In this document: piece by piece, positions 35,792 to 50,105 of the stretch
Layout of the letters: each line of letters begins with the position of its first letter
Numbering within the stretch: the first letter of the stretch is position 1
From: Chiloscyllium plagiosum
Taxonomy: Eukaryota
Reading direction: 5' to 3'
DNA length: 64,000 nucleotides
Assembly (NCBI RefSeq): GCF_004010195.1
Contig: NC_057710.1
Coordinates: 74,126,257-74,190,256, forward strand
Program-made: the position numbers and the translations under genes
The notes under the pieces: model-generated
What the model saw: only the letters and a program-made list of their open reading frames with translations
Databases searched by the model: none
Told to the model about the DNA's origin: nothing

Positions 35792-38700
35792 ACCTAGCTG
35801 TCTCAATCAGAGTGCCAGGAGAGATGGCCACTTCTGTGGGACTCTGCAACCCACAGCTCACAGGGAAGGAAATGGCCCAGATATTCTGATGGTCAGAGAG
35901 TCGTTGCAGCAGGATAGGCTGGAGTTGTACAATGGATCAGTCTTGAATCCCCAACACAGGTATCTCTATAGGAATTGCCTGGGAAATTAAAAATTGAATT
36001 ATCTGATAGGCAATTCTCCTGAGTCTGGGACTTTCCCCATTAAGGTTGGTCCCAATAAGCACACTCACCAGCAACCTTCCCTGCCACTACCATCTCCCCC
36101 CCCCCCCCACCCCACCCACCTGCTCTACCTTCTCGAGCCTACCATTCACATACCTCACCCACCATGAACCCTACCCACTACAAATACCTGGCACCTTGCC
36201 CACCTGGCTCTTAACCTTGAACCCCTCAAACAACTGCTGCCATAACCCCATCACTTTAACTAACATACTTATCCTCTCACAGGAGTTGTCAAAATGTCTG
36301 GCTGTGCTGCTGGAGATTAATGGCACAGAACCTGGTATCAGATTACTGTAAAGCAACATGGTTTCTACAGAAATCATCTTTGCTGCTGGATTCCTGGGCA
36401 GGTTCACAGCGTAAGGCCTGCCATCAGCAATCTGCCAAATAGAAAAAGCAAATTGCACCCAATAGGGCATTTACCTATTTACATTTGAAAGCCATACCTT
36501 GGGGGAGGACAGCCTATTGTATTCTGCTCTCATTATCAGTAATACCCCTGACAGCAAGACGTGGTTGGCAAGATGACTCAATGTGGTTTTCCAGAATTTG
36601 CCCCCTTCCTCCCCATCTGCCAGGGGCTAGTAAAATTCTACGCATTTAGTGTACAAGAAGGCACTTCCTAAAAAAACTGTTTTTCAGCCCTTATTATTTT
36701 ATTACAAGGCTGTGGCATTCTTGTCATATAGTCACAGACTCATACAGCATAGAAACTGGCCCTGTGGTTGAACGTGATACTGATTCTTTCCTTTCTTTTG
36801 TATTGTATCCATTTAACTTGGAGAATAAAATGACATTTGATAAGACAGAACAAGGGAGGACCATAGGAATTTCAGGCACTCGACCCATTCAAAGAATCCA
36901 TCCTTCCAATAATTGGTCAAGTCTTCTGTGTTGTATGCCCAGAATTCCAGAAAGCTGCACATTTCCTCCTTCCACTAAAGAAGTGTGATGGAGTAATAGG
37001 AGTTTCAGGATGAGACATGAAATGTAAATGAGCAAAAGAAAATCATAAACCGCGTTGACATTCACAAAACATGCATTTGCTAAAATTAAAAAAGAGGGGA
37101 TTTTGTAATTACAATTATTTCAGGCTTTGTGTGCCATTTTGAAGGATACAGCAAAGCCAGGGTCTAAGCTGGCAAAAGATTTAAAGAACAGGCTAGGGAA
37201 GTGCAAGAGACCATAGTTTGTTCCAGTCATCTGACAATGGATGAGTTTGTTATTGTGACAACTTTGGAAATGATGAAAAGTTGCTCCCTATAACTTCTCA
37301 GTTCCTTTGGGGAATTCACTGCTGCCTAATCCTCATTAATGTTAAACTCCAGCTGTGCAATATCTTGGTTGTTTGTCTCTCACTTTCATGGCCATGTATC
37401 TGGAAAGCAAAATTATAAAATAGGTAATAAATTACAGTTATTTTAAAGGCATTCTCAAGCCAATTCTATCATTTATTGAAATCATGACCAGTCTGTGAAA
37501 CTCTACATGCCTGCTATACTCTGTTTTCAATTAACAATCCATTGCCATTTTTGGAAAAAGGTTTCAAACTTCCAACATACTTAAGTGTGGATGTGCTGGT
37601 TAATTTCACTCCTGAATGATCTGTTGGCTAGTTACACTGCAATGGTATCCCTGGGCATCTGGTACATTGTTAGAGGATGCAAATAGTACAATCTATCCCG
37701 TTACAGCCTTAACTTTTGCAGTAGCTTTTCCTGCTCTTGGCACAGAAGTATTACAAGCCAGAGTTCTGAAGGTAAGCCAAGGTGATCTTATTCACTGATG
37801 TTGATTTTAAGTTCAGCATTAATTTTAAACTCCTTTTGCCTTTCTGTCACACTCTGCTTATCTTTACACATTGTCTCCTAAATAGTTCCTCAATGTTAAA
37901 TATTTTCAATGATGGAGTATCCATAACCCACTGGGATATAGAATTCCAAAAATTCACAATCCTTAGAATGAAGAATTTCCTTCTCATCTCAGCCCTAAAT
38001 GTTAATCCGATTATCCTAAGTTCCATGTTCTACATTTCCAAGATATGGAAAACAACCATGATACCTACTTTTTATACTCCTTTCAGAATATTGTATGTTT
38101 TAATGAGATTGCCTCTCATTCTTCTAAATTACATGCAGTTTAAGCTCAATTTACTCAGCCAATTGTAATTTTCTTTCTTTACAAACCAGAAGCTAACGTA
38201 CCATCACTTGTCATGTGCAAGAGGCTGAGATCATGGTGCACTGAGAAACTATATACCATACCAAATTGGATTGATGAAAATGCTTTTCTAATGTCCTCTT
38301 GCACCATCTGCTAACGATAGTGCTAAACACTAAGTGGCCATGACTTTGACTTTGGATTAACATCCATGGGCCTTCAAAAGCTAGGAGAACGGATCATAAC
38401 ATGGGTGAATTAAAGCATGAACAGGAGGAATATCAAAGGCTTGGACTTCTGAAGCCACTTTCAAATACCTTGAAGCTCATTGACATTAATAACTTTTAAG
38501 TTAGTTGACACATAGTCTACTTGACAAAGTATTAACAGATATTATGTACTCATGTTATTACAATCTAAAATATGCACTGTTGGCTAATGCCTATGGGACA
38601 GTTACAAAATAATTTGTGTAGGTCATTACTAAAAGCTTGTGCATTTTTACATTTCACCTCATACTGAGCTCTTATATTTGTCACTTTGAATGTAAAATCT

Positions 38701-40675
38701 CTTTATTAAAATGCTGTTTTCCCTGTTTCATAAAATGTTATTGAAAATAATCTGTTTGAATCACTGTTGCCATTTTTGCGTTTGTTCTTTAAACTTTATC
38801 ATTTATTCCAAAGCTCACATATCCTCACACTTTTAAGATGTGATATTTTATTACTGAGTCCTAATTTCAATAATAAAACAAGAAATTATTTATCTGTGTA
38901 AGACTTAAGGAATAGCAATGAAAGGCATTTGATTATGTGGCTGATGATGTACTGTGGAACAGTAGTTCTTACTTCACAGTTCTGGTTACTATACCAGTAT
39001 TTTGTAACCAATTAAATTTAAATAGTGTTTCCTGTTGCCATTGTATGTTGAATGAAAGTATCATTTTAAGCTTATGTCACACTATTTAGGAATGTTTGAA
39101 CAAAAATAAAAGGAGGTCAATTAGAATTCGAAAGGAGATATACTACAGCATCGTTTATAATCAATCTGTTACAGCAAAGTGTTTTCATTTTGCAGAAATA
39201 ATAAAAGTTCAAATGTCATTCTACTGCCAACAATATAACTCAGAAATGGTTGTTATGTATTAGTTTGCAGTTGAAAGAATAATAAGCTTTTCACTAACAT
39301 TCTGCAGTGAAGCTGATGTGAGATCTTTGCCTAATACAGGTACTACTGCTGCACAGAGGTACAAAGCACACAATATATTGTTATATAGTGCAAGAACCAT
39401 GACTTGTTATTTTTGTGTCTTTAAATATTGTAGCTGCTAAAAGAAAGACCTTTTTTTTTAATAACAGGGATTTACCTGGATGGATGATTTATTTCACAGC
39501 AAGGAATTTGATACCTTTTGTGAAATCTGTTTCTTTGTTGCCATGGCTTCCTTCAATGTGCAGACAATCAGGCGATGAGTGTCTGCTTGGTTCTAAGCAG
39601 GTTGGAACTGGAAGCAAGTTATTGAGACACAGGCACAGAGGGAGAGAAAGACACAGAAGGGTGAGTTGTTGTTCTCCCCGGCAGAAGTTACTTGTTCTCA
39701 GTTTAAACTTGAAGAAAAAACAATTATCTTTCCTTCAGCAGTTGCTGTCATCTGTGACTTTTGAATCAATAAATCAGGGAAATTTTCCAAGTTAATCAAC
39801 TGTTATTACAAACTAGTGTCAACGCCCAGAGAAATACAACTGAGCACCAGGGTTGGACCAGCCAAAGTAGGATCATCTCAACATTGAGGGAAAGTTGTTA
39901 TTGTATTTATTGAGAATGGGCATGAATGGTAAGTGATTAGTTCTTTGTTTACTTCAATGTGGTTTGAGAATACACCTTCATTCTTGTTTGCTGACACATC
40001 TATAATGACACATGTTTCCATAAGTCAGTTGAAAAATGAGAGGATTGATAGAGATCCCCTCTAACTTTAATGCACCAAACACTGATTTTCTTGCATTACT
40101 CAAGTTCTTAGTAAGCTAATTTAAGAACATTTTGTTCCAAATTTTAGTATTGAATCATCTGCGTTATAACATCCTTAAGTCTTCCATTTTTATACTTTAA
40201 CATGGGCAAGTCAATGTAGACTGTTAGATTTTTTTCACTATCGTAATAAAGCTATGGGCATATATGTATTCATACTTGTTCATCAGGTCAGTGTATTTCT
40301 GACAGAGTCATACCAGCTGACTAATGCACTTGTAACTTGTGGCAAGAAGTGACCAAATGGAGCCATTTCCTTCCATATGTGTATACAAGGTTCGGTCCCA
40401 CTTGTGCTTCTGGCATGGGGCCGCAGTAGCCAGGAATGTACGTTTGTAAAAATGTCTCTGTTTGCTAATTCATGCAATATATATATGTGAGAAGGTTAGA
40501 AAAATCCAAGGAAGAAATAGAAATCCTCAAATAAAAGGGTGAAAATGGTTACTTTAAGCCCTTTTATGCCATTTAATTGGGAGCTTTGTTAGTATCCAAC
40601 TCGAGTTATGATGGTGGTGTGATAAATAACAAGGAGGAAAGCTTTAGACTACAGGAAAATATAGATGGGCTGGTT

Positions 40676-42157
40676 ATAGAACATAGAACATTACAGCGCA
40701 GTACAGGCCCTTAGGCCCTTGATGTTGCACCGACCTGTCATACCAATCTGAAGCCCATCTAACCTACACTATTCCATGTACGCCCATATGTTTGTCCAAT
40801 GACGACTTAAATGTAATTAAAGTTGGCAAATCCATTACCATTGCAGGCAAAGCATTCCATACCCTTACTACTCTCTGAGTAAAGAAACTACCTCTGACAT
40901 CTGTCCTATATCTATCACCCCTCAATTTAAAGCTGTGCCCCCTCGTGCTCGCCGTCACCATTCTTGAAAAAAGGCTCTCCCTGTCCACCCTATATAACCC
41001 TCTGATTATCTTACACGTCTCTATTAAGTCACCTCTCAGCCTTCTTCTCTCTAACGAAAACAGCCTCANNNNNNNNNNNNNNNNNNNNNNNNNNNNNNNN
41101 NNNNNNNNNNNNNNNNNNNNNNNNNNNNNNNNNNNNNNNNNNNNNNNNNNNNNNNNNNNNNNNNNNNNNNNNNNNNNNNNNNNNNNNNNNNNNNNNNNNN
41201 NNNNNNNNNNNNNNNNNNNNNNNNNNNNNNNNNNNNNNNNNNNNNNNNNNNNNNNNNNNNNNNNNNNNNNNNNNNNNNNNNNNNNNNNNNNNNNNNNNNN
41301 NNNNNNNNNNNNNNNNNNNNNNNNNNNNNNNNNNNNNNNNNNNNNNNNNNNNNNNNNNNNNNNNNNNNNNNNNNNNNNNNNNNNNNNNNNNNNNNNNNNN
41401 NNNNNNNNNNNNNNNNNNNNNNNNNNNNNNNNNNNNNNNNNNNNNNNNNNNNNNNNNNNNNNNNNNNNNNNNNNNNNNNNNNNNNNNNNNNNNNNNNNNN
41501 NNNNNNNNNNNNNNNNGCCTTGCTGAAATCCATATACACCACATCAACCGGTTTACTCTCATCTATCTGTTTGATCCCCTTCTCAAAGAACTCAATAAGG
41601 TTTGTGAGGCACGACCTACCCTTCACAAAACCATGCTGACTATCCCTAATCAATTATTATTTTCTAGATGATTATAAATCCTATCTCTTATAACCTTTTC
41701 CAACACTTTACCAACAACTGAAGTAAGGCTCACTGGTCTATAATTACCAGGATTGTCTCTACTCCCCTTCTTGAATAGGAGAACCACATTTGCTATCCTC
41801 CAGTCTTCTGGCACTATTCCTGTAGACACTGACGATTTAAAGATCAATGCCAAAGGCTCGGCAATCTCCTCCCTGGCTTCCCAGATGATCCTAGGATAAA
41901 TCCCATCCGTCCCAGGGGACTTATCTATTTTCACACTCTGCAGGATTTCTAATACCTCCTCCTTGTGAACCTTAATCACACCTAGTCTAGTAGCCTGTAT
42001 CTCAGTAATCGCCTCGACAACATTGTCATTTTCTAGAGTGAATGCTGTTGAAAAATATTCATTTAGTGCTTCTCCTATCTCCTCTGACTCCACACACAAC
42101 TTCCCACTACTATCCTTGATTGGCCCTAATCTTACTCTTGTCATTCTTTTATTCCTT
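40676..42157 (-). mobile_element. 5'-truncated CR1 LINE spanning an assembly gap
   Basis: ORFs 41650..42144 (KSPGTDGIYPR..NYRPVSLTS), 41066..41653 (QHGFVKGRSCLTNL) and 40764..40988; (TTCTATG)n tail at 40676. Confidence 0.92.
41069..41516. other. Assembly gap (448 N)
   Basis: Run of N. Confidence 1.
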
Positions 42158-42234
42158 GCAATGAGGAATATAAGGGGCAGCCTTTTCCAACCAATCCGGA
42201 ACTTTTTTTCTCAATGCCCTTTCTGATTTAAATA

Positions 42235-42850
42235 AAGACAAATCATCTGCAGATGCTGGAATCCAAAGTAGACAAGCAGGAGGCTGGAAGAGCACAGCAA
42301 ACCAGGCAGTATCAGAGGGTGGAGGCGTCCAACATTTCAGATATAACCCTTCTTCAGAACCTGGGGTTGGGGTAGATGGAATTGCAGATAAAAGGAGGAG
42401 AGCGAGTTATGGGTGGGGAGAGGGGCAGAGTGTTGAGGTGGTGATACGTGAATACATGTGGTAGGTACAACCTGGTAGGTCAATGGGTGGAATGAATCCG
42501 GTTGGTAGCTGGAAGGAGGGGTTGGTCAGAGGGATGGAAGGGTGGAAGCAGGACTGGAAAGGGAGTCAGGGGATGATTATTTGAAATTAAAGAACACAAA
42601 GTTAAGTCCTCTGGACTGTAGGCAGGCCAGGTGAAAGATGAGGTGTTATTCCTCCAATTTGTGGTCTGATTTACTGTGACAATAAATGAGACCAAGGATG
42701 GACATGTCAGAGAGGGAGTGGGAAGGGGAATTGAAATGGGTGGTGACCAGGATTTCAGGCTGGCCCTTATGGGCCTGGCGGAGATGCTCAGCGAAACGTG
42801 CCCTTAGTTTATGTTTGGTCTCACCAATGTAGAGAAGACTATATTGGGAA
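42235..42850 (-). mobile_element. Penelope-like element 3' part (GIY-YIG end plus pLTR with degenerate hammerhead)
   Basis: Inverse homolog of 48680-49245; reverse complement tctgaagaagggttatatctgaaatgttgg. Confidence 0.8.
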
Positions 42851-44340
42851 TCTCTTAGTTTACATTTGATTTCATGAATGTAAAGATGTACTCTGCATTC
42901 TCATATCAATAGAGCAATGAACATAAGCATTGCTATACCATAGCCTCATGAAACAAAATATTACACAGCATTTACATGTATAGAAAGGGCTATTCAGCAC
43001 AACAGATCTATGCCATGTTCTGCACAAGTTTCCTTGCACCATCTTCATTGAGCCCTATAAACATATACTTCTTTTTTTCTCCTTCACGCACTTATCTACT
43101 TTTTATTGCATCTAAAATTTCTTTCATTGCAAAGAATAAACAGTTTACAAGTAAGATGCTTTTTAAGCTTTTACATTGTGTTCGGAATTTTTTAAATGTT
43201 TCTTTATTACAATTCAAAGCCCTCTTTCTAACCTGTCTGATCTCCTTCCTTTCTTCCTCACAGTTTACCGTCATAGCCACTGTGTTGCGGGACATGGAAG
43301 ACATGCATCTGAGCAACTTGTGATAAACCCTGTCACATGAGCAGCAAGGAATTCTTCAAAAGCAATAATGTCAAAATGGGCTACAATTTTGTTTGTGTAA
43401 AATCAGAAATACAGACTTGGGCTGAGTCCATTGTAGAACCTTGAGACTCAGCTGTCTTGGTTTCTGTTAGCTGAGTCATTAAGAAGAAAATTCCAATCTG
43501 CACAATTGCATTAATGATGTTTTGTGATTTCTGCTCGTTAAGTGGCTCATTAGCTTATTAGAAAATGGTTTAGCATAAATTATCACTGGTGCATTCTGAT
43601 TGGCTGAACTGTTGTTATTGACTTCCTAACAAGAATGATTTTCACAAACTTCAAGCTGCTCAAAATAATGTATTTCTGCACCTTTGGTAGCAGATCGTAG
43701 ATAAAAAATAGTGTTCTCTCACTATCCATTGAAAATAGTCCAATTGCAGAAACTATATGCAGAATCTTATTGAGCCCGGGGCCCTGAACATTCCTATGGC
43801 AAGAAACAAAAAATTTATGCTAGGTCTATCTCGACACTGGAAGCTGCTACTTGTATTTCCAACAATCCTCGGTGCTGAGATGAGATTCTCACAAGGCAGT
43901 GGTGAGATGCCTATTAATGGAGGTTATTGTTTATTATCATCCTTACTAACACTAAATCTCACTCACTAATATGCGTCTTCCTATTGTACCACAAGATAGA
44001 AACGAGATGTCAAGAATTCCCAACATGAACATCAGAATAAGTGTCTGGTGATTCCAGCTCACTGCTTGTTCCTGAGGACTGCTACTTTGGAAAGACAGCA
44101 CCAATATTTCAAAGTATACTCCAGGGCACCAACTGCACACACCTCTAATCCACTATTTGCTAGCCTCTCCTTATTATCATTACTCATTTCTTATACACTT
44201 ACAGTGCACTTCTGCACTTGAGAGCACACAGCAACAATAACTGAAAAGCAGCTGCAAAGACATCTTACAAGCAAGGAGAGACATCCAACTTATCAACTGG
44301 ACCCGGTTTGTCTCAGGATGCTTCCTGCTGTCTTAGACAG

Positions 44341-44675
44341 CATAGAATCCCTACAGTGTGGAAACAGGCCCTTTGGCCCAACAAGTCCACACTGACCCTC
44401 TAAAGAGTACCCCACCCAGACCCTTTCTCCTACATGTACCCCTGACCAATGCACCTAATCTACACATCCCTGAACATTATGGGCAATTTAGCGTAGCCAT
44501 TTCACCTGATCTGCACATCTTTGGACTGTGGGAGGAAACTGGAGCATCCAGAGGAAACACGTGCAGACATGAGGAGAATGTACAAACTGGACAGAGATAA
44601 TTGCCCAAGGCTGAAATCAAATTTAGGTCCCTGAAGCTGTGAGGCAGCAGTGCTAACCACTAAGCCACTGTGCCA
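44341..44675 (-). mobile_element. HE1-type V-SINE
   Basis: Inverse homolog of 31254-31570. Confidence 0.88.
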
Positions 44676-46731
44676 CTCATGCACACACATGGCACCTATC
44701 TGGAATCTCGCAGTATCTCTGACCTGCCTTCGCATGTTATGTCTTTTAGTGCAATGGTGCCTTAGCCAGAGCTTAAAGTCTCACAGTGTTTTGATTTGAC
44801 TTGCTTTTTAGCGCAGACTCACAGTCAGGCTTCTTGTCATGTGTGACAGTCATGACCAGTGCAGGAGATGAGCATGTTGCTCAATGGCACATGCTATGTC
44901 AATCTCACACTTATAGCATGTATCAGCTTCCTACGCTTCAATCAAATGACCATGTCTGAAAGTCTGAGAGGAGAGGTGATACTGTCTCTCCAGGAGTCCT
45001 AGTGCAGTATCTGCACAAAGTCCAGGAGTTTGGAATTGTCAGCTGGCAACTTGGAGTGGTCACAGTCAGGTGTTTTACAGTCCATAGACGAGGCCAAAAT
45101 CAACCAGTCAGGGGTCTGGTTAGTTTTGTAACAGAGTTGTCGGGGTATGCAGCAGTCAATCCTGTGGCTCCGCTGATTGAGTTCACTGTCGGGGGTGATG
45201 TGGGGGGAAAAGGGACATTGGAGCAATAGGGAGGTGGGGCTATTCAATGTTGGGAATGGGAGGCAGAGCCCTGTGTTGTGGAGGGGGAAAGGATGGTTAC
45301 AGATGATCAGATGGGAGTTTTGATGATTAAGGAAGGGAGCCAGTATTGAGGGCATGGGATGCTCTGGGATTGGGGTTTTTAAGCAGTCACCATATTGAGG
45401 CCTCTCTGGGAAGGCTGTGAGGCATGATGGTTGGGCAATACCAGACTGTATTGAGGGGGATCGGGGCAAGGCGAGAGCTGGGGCCATCATTCAGCATGTG
45501 GAAGGTGAGTGAAGATGTCCAGCAAAAGCAAGCTATGACTGTAAGGACTTGGGGGAATGTACTTAAAGACCAGCTTGGGTAAGAAAGTCACTGTATTCAG
45601 CGCAAGCTGCATTGCCTTCCTGACCTGCTGATTTGTTAAAAGTGGCACATATGGAGAGTGAAACTGCAGGCTGCAAGCAATGTCAACCAGGTCACTGGTC
45701 CTTGCAACTTGCAGATAGATATCTCTATGTTGCAGAAGTAAGTAAAGCCAATCTGGGAAGAGGCAGCTATAGGCCACAATGAACACTGTTGATAGAAAAC
45801 ATAGACGGATGCTAAAGGGCACAAAAGTGTGTTCCTCACCACCTGAACAATAAGTGTTATGCAAAAATCTCATTGAAATGATGGCTTTTGAGCGTGAAGT
45901 GGGCCTGGGAAAAGAGGGGTCAGCATGCCTGAAGTGTTTACTGCATTGCTATGGACTTGATATAAGACTAGTGGAGCAACTCTTCACGTAAGTCTCAATG
46001 TACCATGATAATTCAATCACAGTCCTCTTTGTCTCATTGTCCAGTGGAATGTGTTTGTAGGGTACATAAGCACTGACTGCTCTCATACCTAAGAACCCGT
46101 TCTGTTCCTTATATTCCCAAAATGAGTTCGCTGCAAAAATCACTGATAAATCCAGCTACAAATATGTACATACATAGAACAAACAAGATTAGGCCACTCA
46201 GCTTTTCGAACCTGCTCCAGGTGACCTGAATGGCAGAGTGATTAACAATGATCAGGATAAGAGAATGGTAGTGTATGTGCGAGGGAATGTTTGTCACTCC
46301 ACCTGTGAACCAAAGCTTGGCTGCATGTATGGCTGTGGTTCCAAACTGGCACGGGTGCTGCAAATATCTGGCCAGTGGCAAATTCTTCTGGTGAGAGGTA
46401 GAAACCAACTGGCATCAGATGAGAGGGTTGTCATTGAGGAAGGATACATAGTTGATGAAGCAAGTTTAAGACAATAGCACGGGAATTGTTAGGCCTCACA
46501 GAGACAAACCCTCCATGGAAGTCAATGGCAATGATATTTAAATAAAGTAAGATTCAACCCTACCTTATTTCATAAAACTTCTCCAGTATAATGATGTTTG
46601 GGGTTAAGATTCAAAGTAAAAATTGTTTGCTTCCCAACATTTCACTACAACATTCTCATCTAATACCAACAAATGATTACAATACACTGATTCAACGTAA
46701 GTATTTAATATCTGGATGTGCCAGCTATTTC

Positions 46732-47049
46732 CATAGAATCCCTACCGTGTTGTAACAGACCATTAAGCCCAATAAGTCCACACTGACCCTCTGAAGAGCT
46801 TGCCAGCCAGACCCAACCCCCCTACCCTATCCCTGTAACCCTGCATTTCCCATGGCTAACGCACCTAACCTACACAACCCTAACCTGCATATCTTTTGAC
46901 TGTAGGAGGAAACTGTAGCACCTGACAGAAACCTGTACAGACACAGGGAGAACATGCAAACTCCACACAGACAGTTGCCCAAAGGTGGAATCAAAGCTGG
47001 GTCCCTGGTGCTGAAGCAGCAGGCTAGCCACTGAGCCACCGTGCTGCCC
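46732..47049 (-). mobile_element. HE1-type V-SINE
   Basis: Inverse homolog of 31254-31570. Confidence 0.85.
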
Positions 47050-47844
47050 TAAGTATTTTAATTACATATTTAAATAGCAGATTAGGAAATTTCTGAGTTT
47101 TTTAAAATGAAGACATTATTGACGGGCAATACTCTATTTCCCATATTTATGCATATGGTGAGGAGCACGTGTTTTGCATTCCATATACAAAATCATAGCC
47201 TGTGGCTTTTATCAAATTGTTATCATATTTTGTTGATGTAGTGTCTTTATTTAAACAGTTATTTTAGTAAAACAACAAATGACAAAATTCTCAATATAAT
47301 TCAGAATTATTGACATTTAACTGTACACAACAACATTTAATACAATTTTATACCTGATAATAAGCTTGCATTTTGCTTTTATCAGAACTTGATTAAAATG
47401 CCCTTGATTCAATCTGATATCTCTGGCACATTATAGTCTCGCAAGTATTGACAAATCAGATGTATATGGAATCTTATATCTTTGTTCTTCTCTAAATGCA
47501 TATTACTACTGTCACATTTTATCTTCTTCAATTTTATTTTTGCCTGAAGGAAGGTTCAACTCACAGTGCCATAGAAAGGAAAAGAAGGAGATCCCAAATC
47601 CTCCACAGCCAGAATGGGAATCAATATCGTGTTGTTGGCACCATTTGATCCAGACTGACCATCCAGTCCTCTGACTGGTCCTCCAAAGTGTTCTAGTCTC
47701 GTGGCAACATTTACACGTATGTTATCGGTACTATGGAGCTATGAATAGTGATGGTAGAGGCTCCAATTTTCTTCATATCAAATGGTTGACCATTATTTTC
47801 TCCCTTATATTCCTCCAATGGTGTTAGTTTGAAGGATTGATAGA

Positions 47845-49245
47845 GGCTACGCCTGCCTCTTTGTGGGCTATGTCAAACAGTCCCCCTTCAGTACCTACAC
47901 AGGCACTGTGCCCCAACTCTTCTGCTGTTACATCAATGGCTGCATCGGTGCAGCACCCTGCACCCAGGCTGAATTGCAGCAATTCATCAACCTCACCCAC
48001 AACTTTCAACCACCCTCATATTCACTTGGTCCATTGTGGACACCTCCCTCCCTTTTCTTGACCTCTCCATTTCCATCTCCAACGACAGTCTCCAGACTGA
48101 CATTTACTACAAACCCACAGACTCCCGTAACTACCTGGACTACACCTCCTCCCACCCAATATCCTGCAAGAATCCCATCCCATGCTCCCAATTCCTCCAC
48201 CTCCTTTGCATCTGCTTGGACAAGGAGACATTCCACTGCCAAGCATCCCAGATTTCGAACAACGTGCTTTTCCCCCCTCTGTCATCCAGACAGCCCTCCA
48301 CTGCACCACCTCCATTCTCCATTCCACTGCTCTAAACCTCCCCCCAATGCAATAAAGATGAGTCTCCCTTGTCCTTACCTACCACCTCACCAGTCTCCAC
48401 ATCCTTAAACACTTCCGCGAACTCCAACTAGACCCCACAACCAAGAACATCTTCCCCTCTCCACCCCTCTCTGCCTTCCACAAGGACTATTCCCTTTGAC
48501 AGACCTTGGTTTGAGCCACTCTCCCCAACAACTGCCACCACCACCTCACCCCCCCAAAAAACCCTGCCAGCACACCAGCCCCCTCACCTCCATCCAGGGC
48601 CCCAAACAATCCTTCCAGGTGAGACAGAGGTTCACCTGCCTCTCTTCCAACCTAGTTTATTGCATCAGGTGCTCCCGATATGGTCTTCTCTACATCAGGG
48701 AGACCAAACATAAACTTAGGGAACAGTTTGCTGAGCATCTCAGCTGGGCCTGCACGGGCCAACTGGACCTCCCAGTCACCGCCCATTTTAATTTTCCTTC
48801 CTGCTCCCTTTCCAACATGACCATCCTTGGCCTCCTCTATTGCCATAACGAACCACACCGCAAATTGGAGGAACAAGACCTCATCTTCTGCCTGGGCAAT
48901 CTACAGCCCGGAGGACCCAACATTGAGTTCTCCAATTTCAAATAACCTCCCTTCCCTTCCCCTGACTCCCTTTCGAGCCCCTTCCCCTCCCTTCCACTCC
49001 TCCCTGCTACCAACCGGATCCATTCCTCCCATTGCTCCCATTGATCATACAGTTTGTACCCTCTACCTTCCTCACCTATCCCCACTTCACCACCCTGCTC
49101 CTGCCTTCCCCTCTATCTGCAGTTCTGCCTACACCCACCCTCCCAGTCCAAAATGTTGACTTCTCTATCTCCTGATGTTGCCTGGCTTGCTGTGTTTATC
49201 CAGCCTCCTGCCTGTCTACTTTGGATTCCAGCATCTGCAGTTTTT
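47845..49245 (+). mobile_element. Penelope-like element (Neptune-like): RT C-terminal half, GIY-YIG, pLTR
   Basis: FCCYINGCIG (decayed RYIDD), LPFLDLSI..TDIYYKPTDS..YLDYTSSHP, FTCLSSNLVYCIRC..LLYIRETK..F.EHL; hammerhead core deleted at about 49150. Confidence 0.88.
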
Positions 49246-49984
49246 TGGACAGTATCTCGACAGATTAATCGATAACCTATTCTGACAAATTATTAATTCA
49301 GCATTTTTTTGGGCCCATAGTTCTGAAGTGGAACTTGAACATGGAGCTTCTGATTCAGAGACAAGGACACTATGCTATTACACAAGACCACCTACACGTT
49401 TAGTCATGACTTTTTGTCATCAATACTTGTTAAACAATAAATGTTGCTGACTGTATCAAGCATTTCAAAAAAATAGCCAATCATTTTTCAAAGGAAGTTA
49501 CCATATTTCGTCAATCTGAAGATGATATCAGATCAGACATATCCTGAAATATGCACTACGGAATCCTTCTGATGTTCCAATCTGAAAACTTCGTAGGAAG
49601 TGCCAGGGAAGTTGAACTTCCTATGGCAATTGACCCACTCCCTGGGACTCACCAAAAAAATCTTTCCAACTCCAAGTTAGAACCAGAAAATTCCACCTTG
49701 CTTACCTTACTCAGAGAATGTCAGATGCACTAAATCTGGTCTAATTCCATGGTAACTATATGAATGACCCATGCAATTACTCACACAAACTTACATGTCA
49801 ACCTCCCTGAAACCAATGACAATAAATTCACCCCTGACCAAACCACCTTCATCTGATCTGACCCAAACACCTCCACCCGACTGTCCTGATCTCCTTGACT
49901 ACTCTGAACCCGACAAGACTGCCCCAAACCCACTTACCCACCTTACGCACCTACTACTCTGCCACCCTTTGTGAGTCAACCCAC

Positions 49985-50105
49985 AGCAGGTGGACTGCAG
50001 AAGGTCAAGAAGGTAACTCATTACCACCTTCTCAAAGGCAACTAGGGATGGTCAATAAATGTTGGCCCAGCAAGTGACACCCACATCACACAAATGAATA
50101 AAAGA
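49985..50105 (+). mobile_element. LINE/DeuSINE-type 3' tail fragment
   Basis: tggactgcag..caagaagg..ccaccttctcaaaggcaactagggatggtcaataaatgttggcc..gaataaaa; also at 11500-11640 (-) and 19900-20330 (+). Confidence 0.55.

Noticed and set aside
40945-41653. Long ORFs of 177-195 aa
   Set aside because: Artefacts of translating through the N gap
44700-46480. GC-richer stretch as a Harbinger transposase or processed pseudogene
   Set aside because: Only a faint IE..GMLK-like trace near 45800; not supportable by eye
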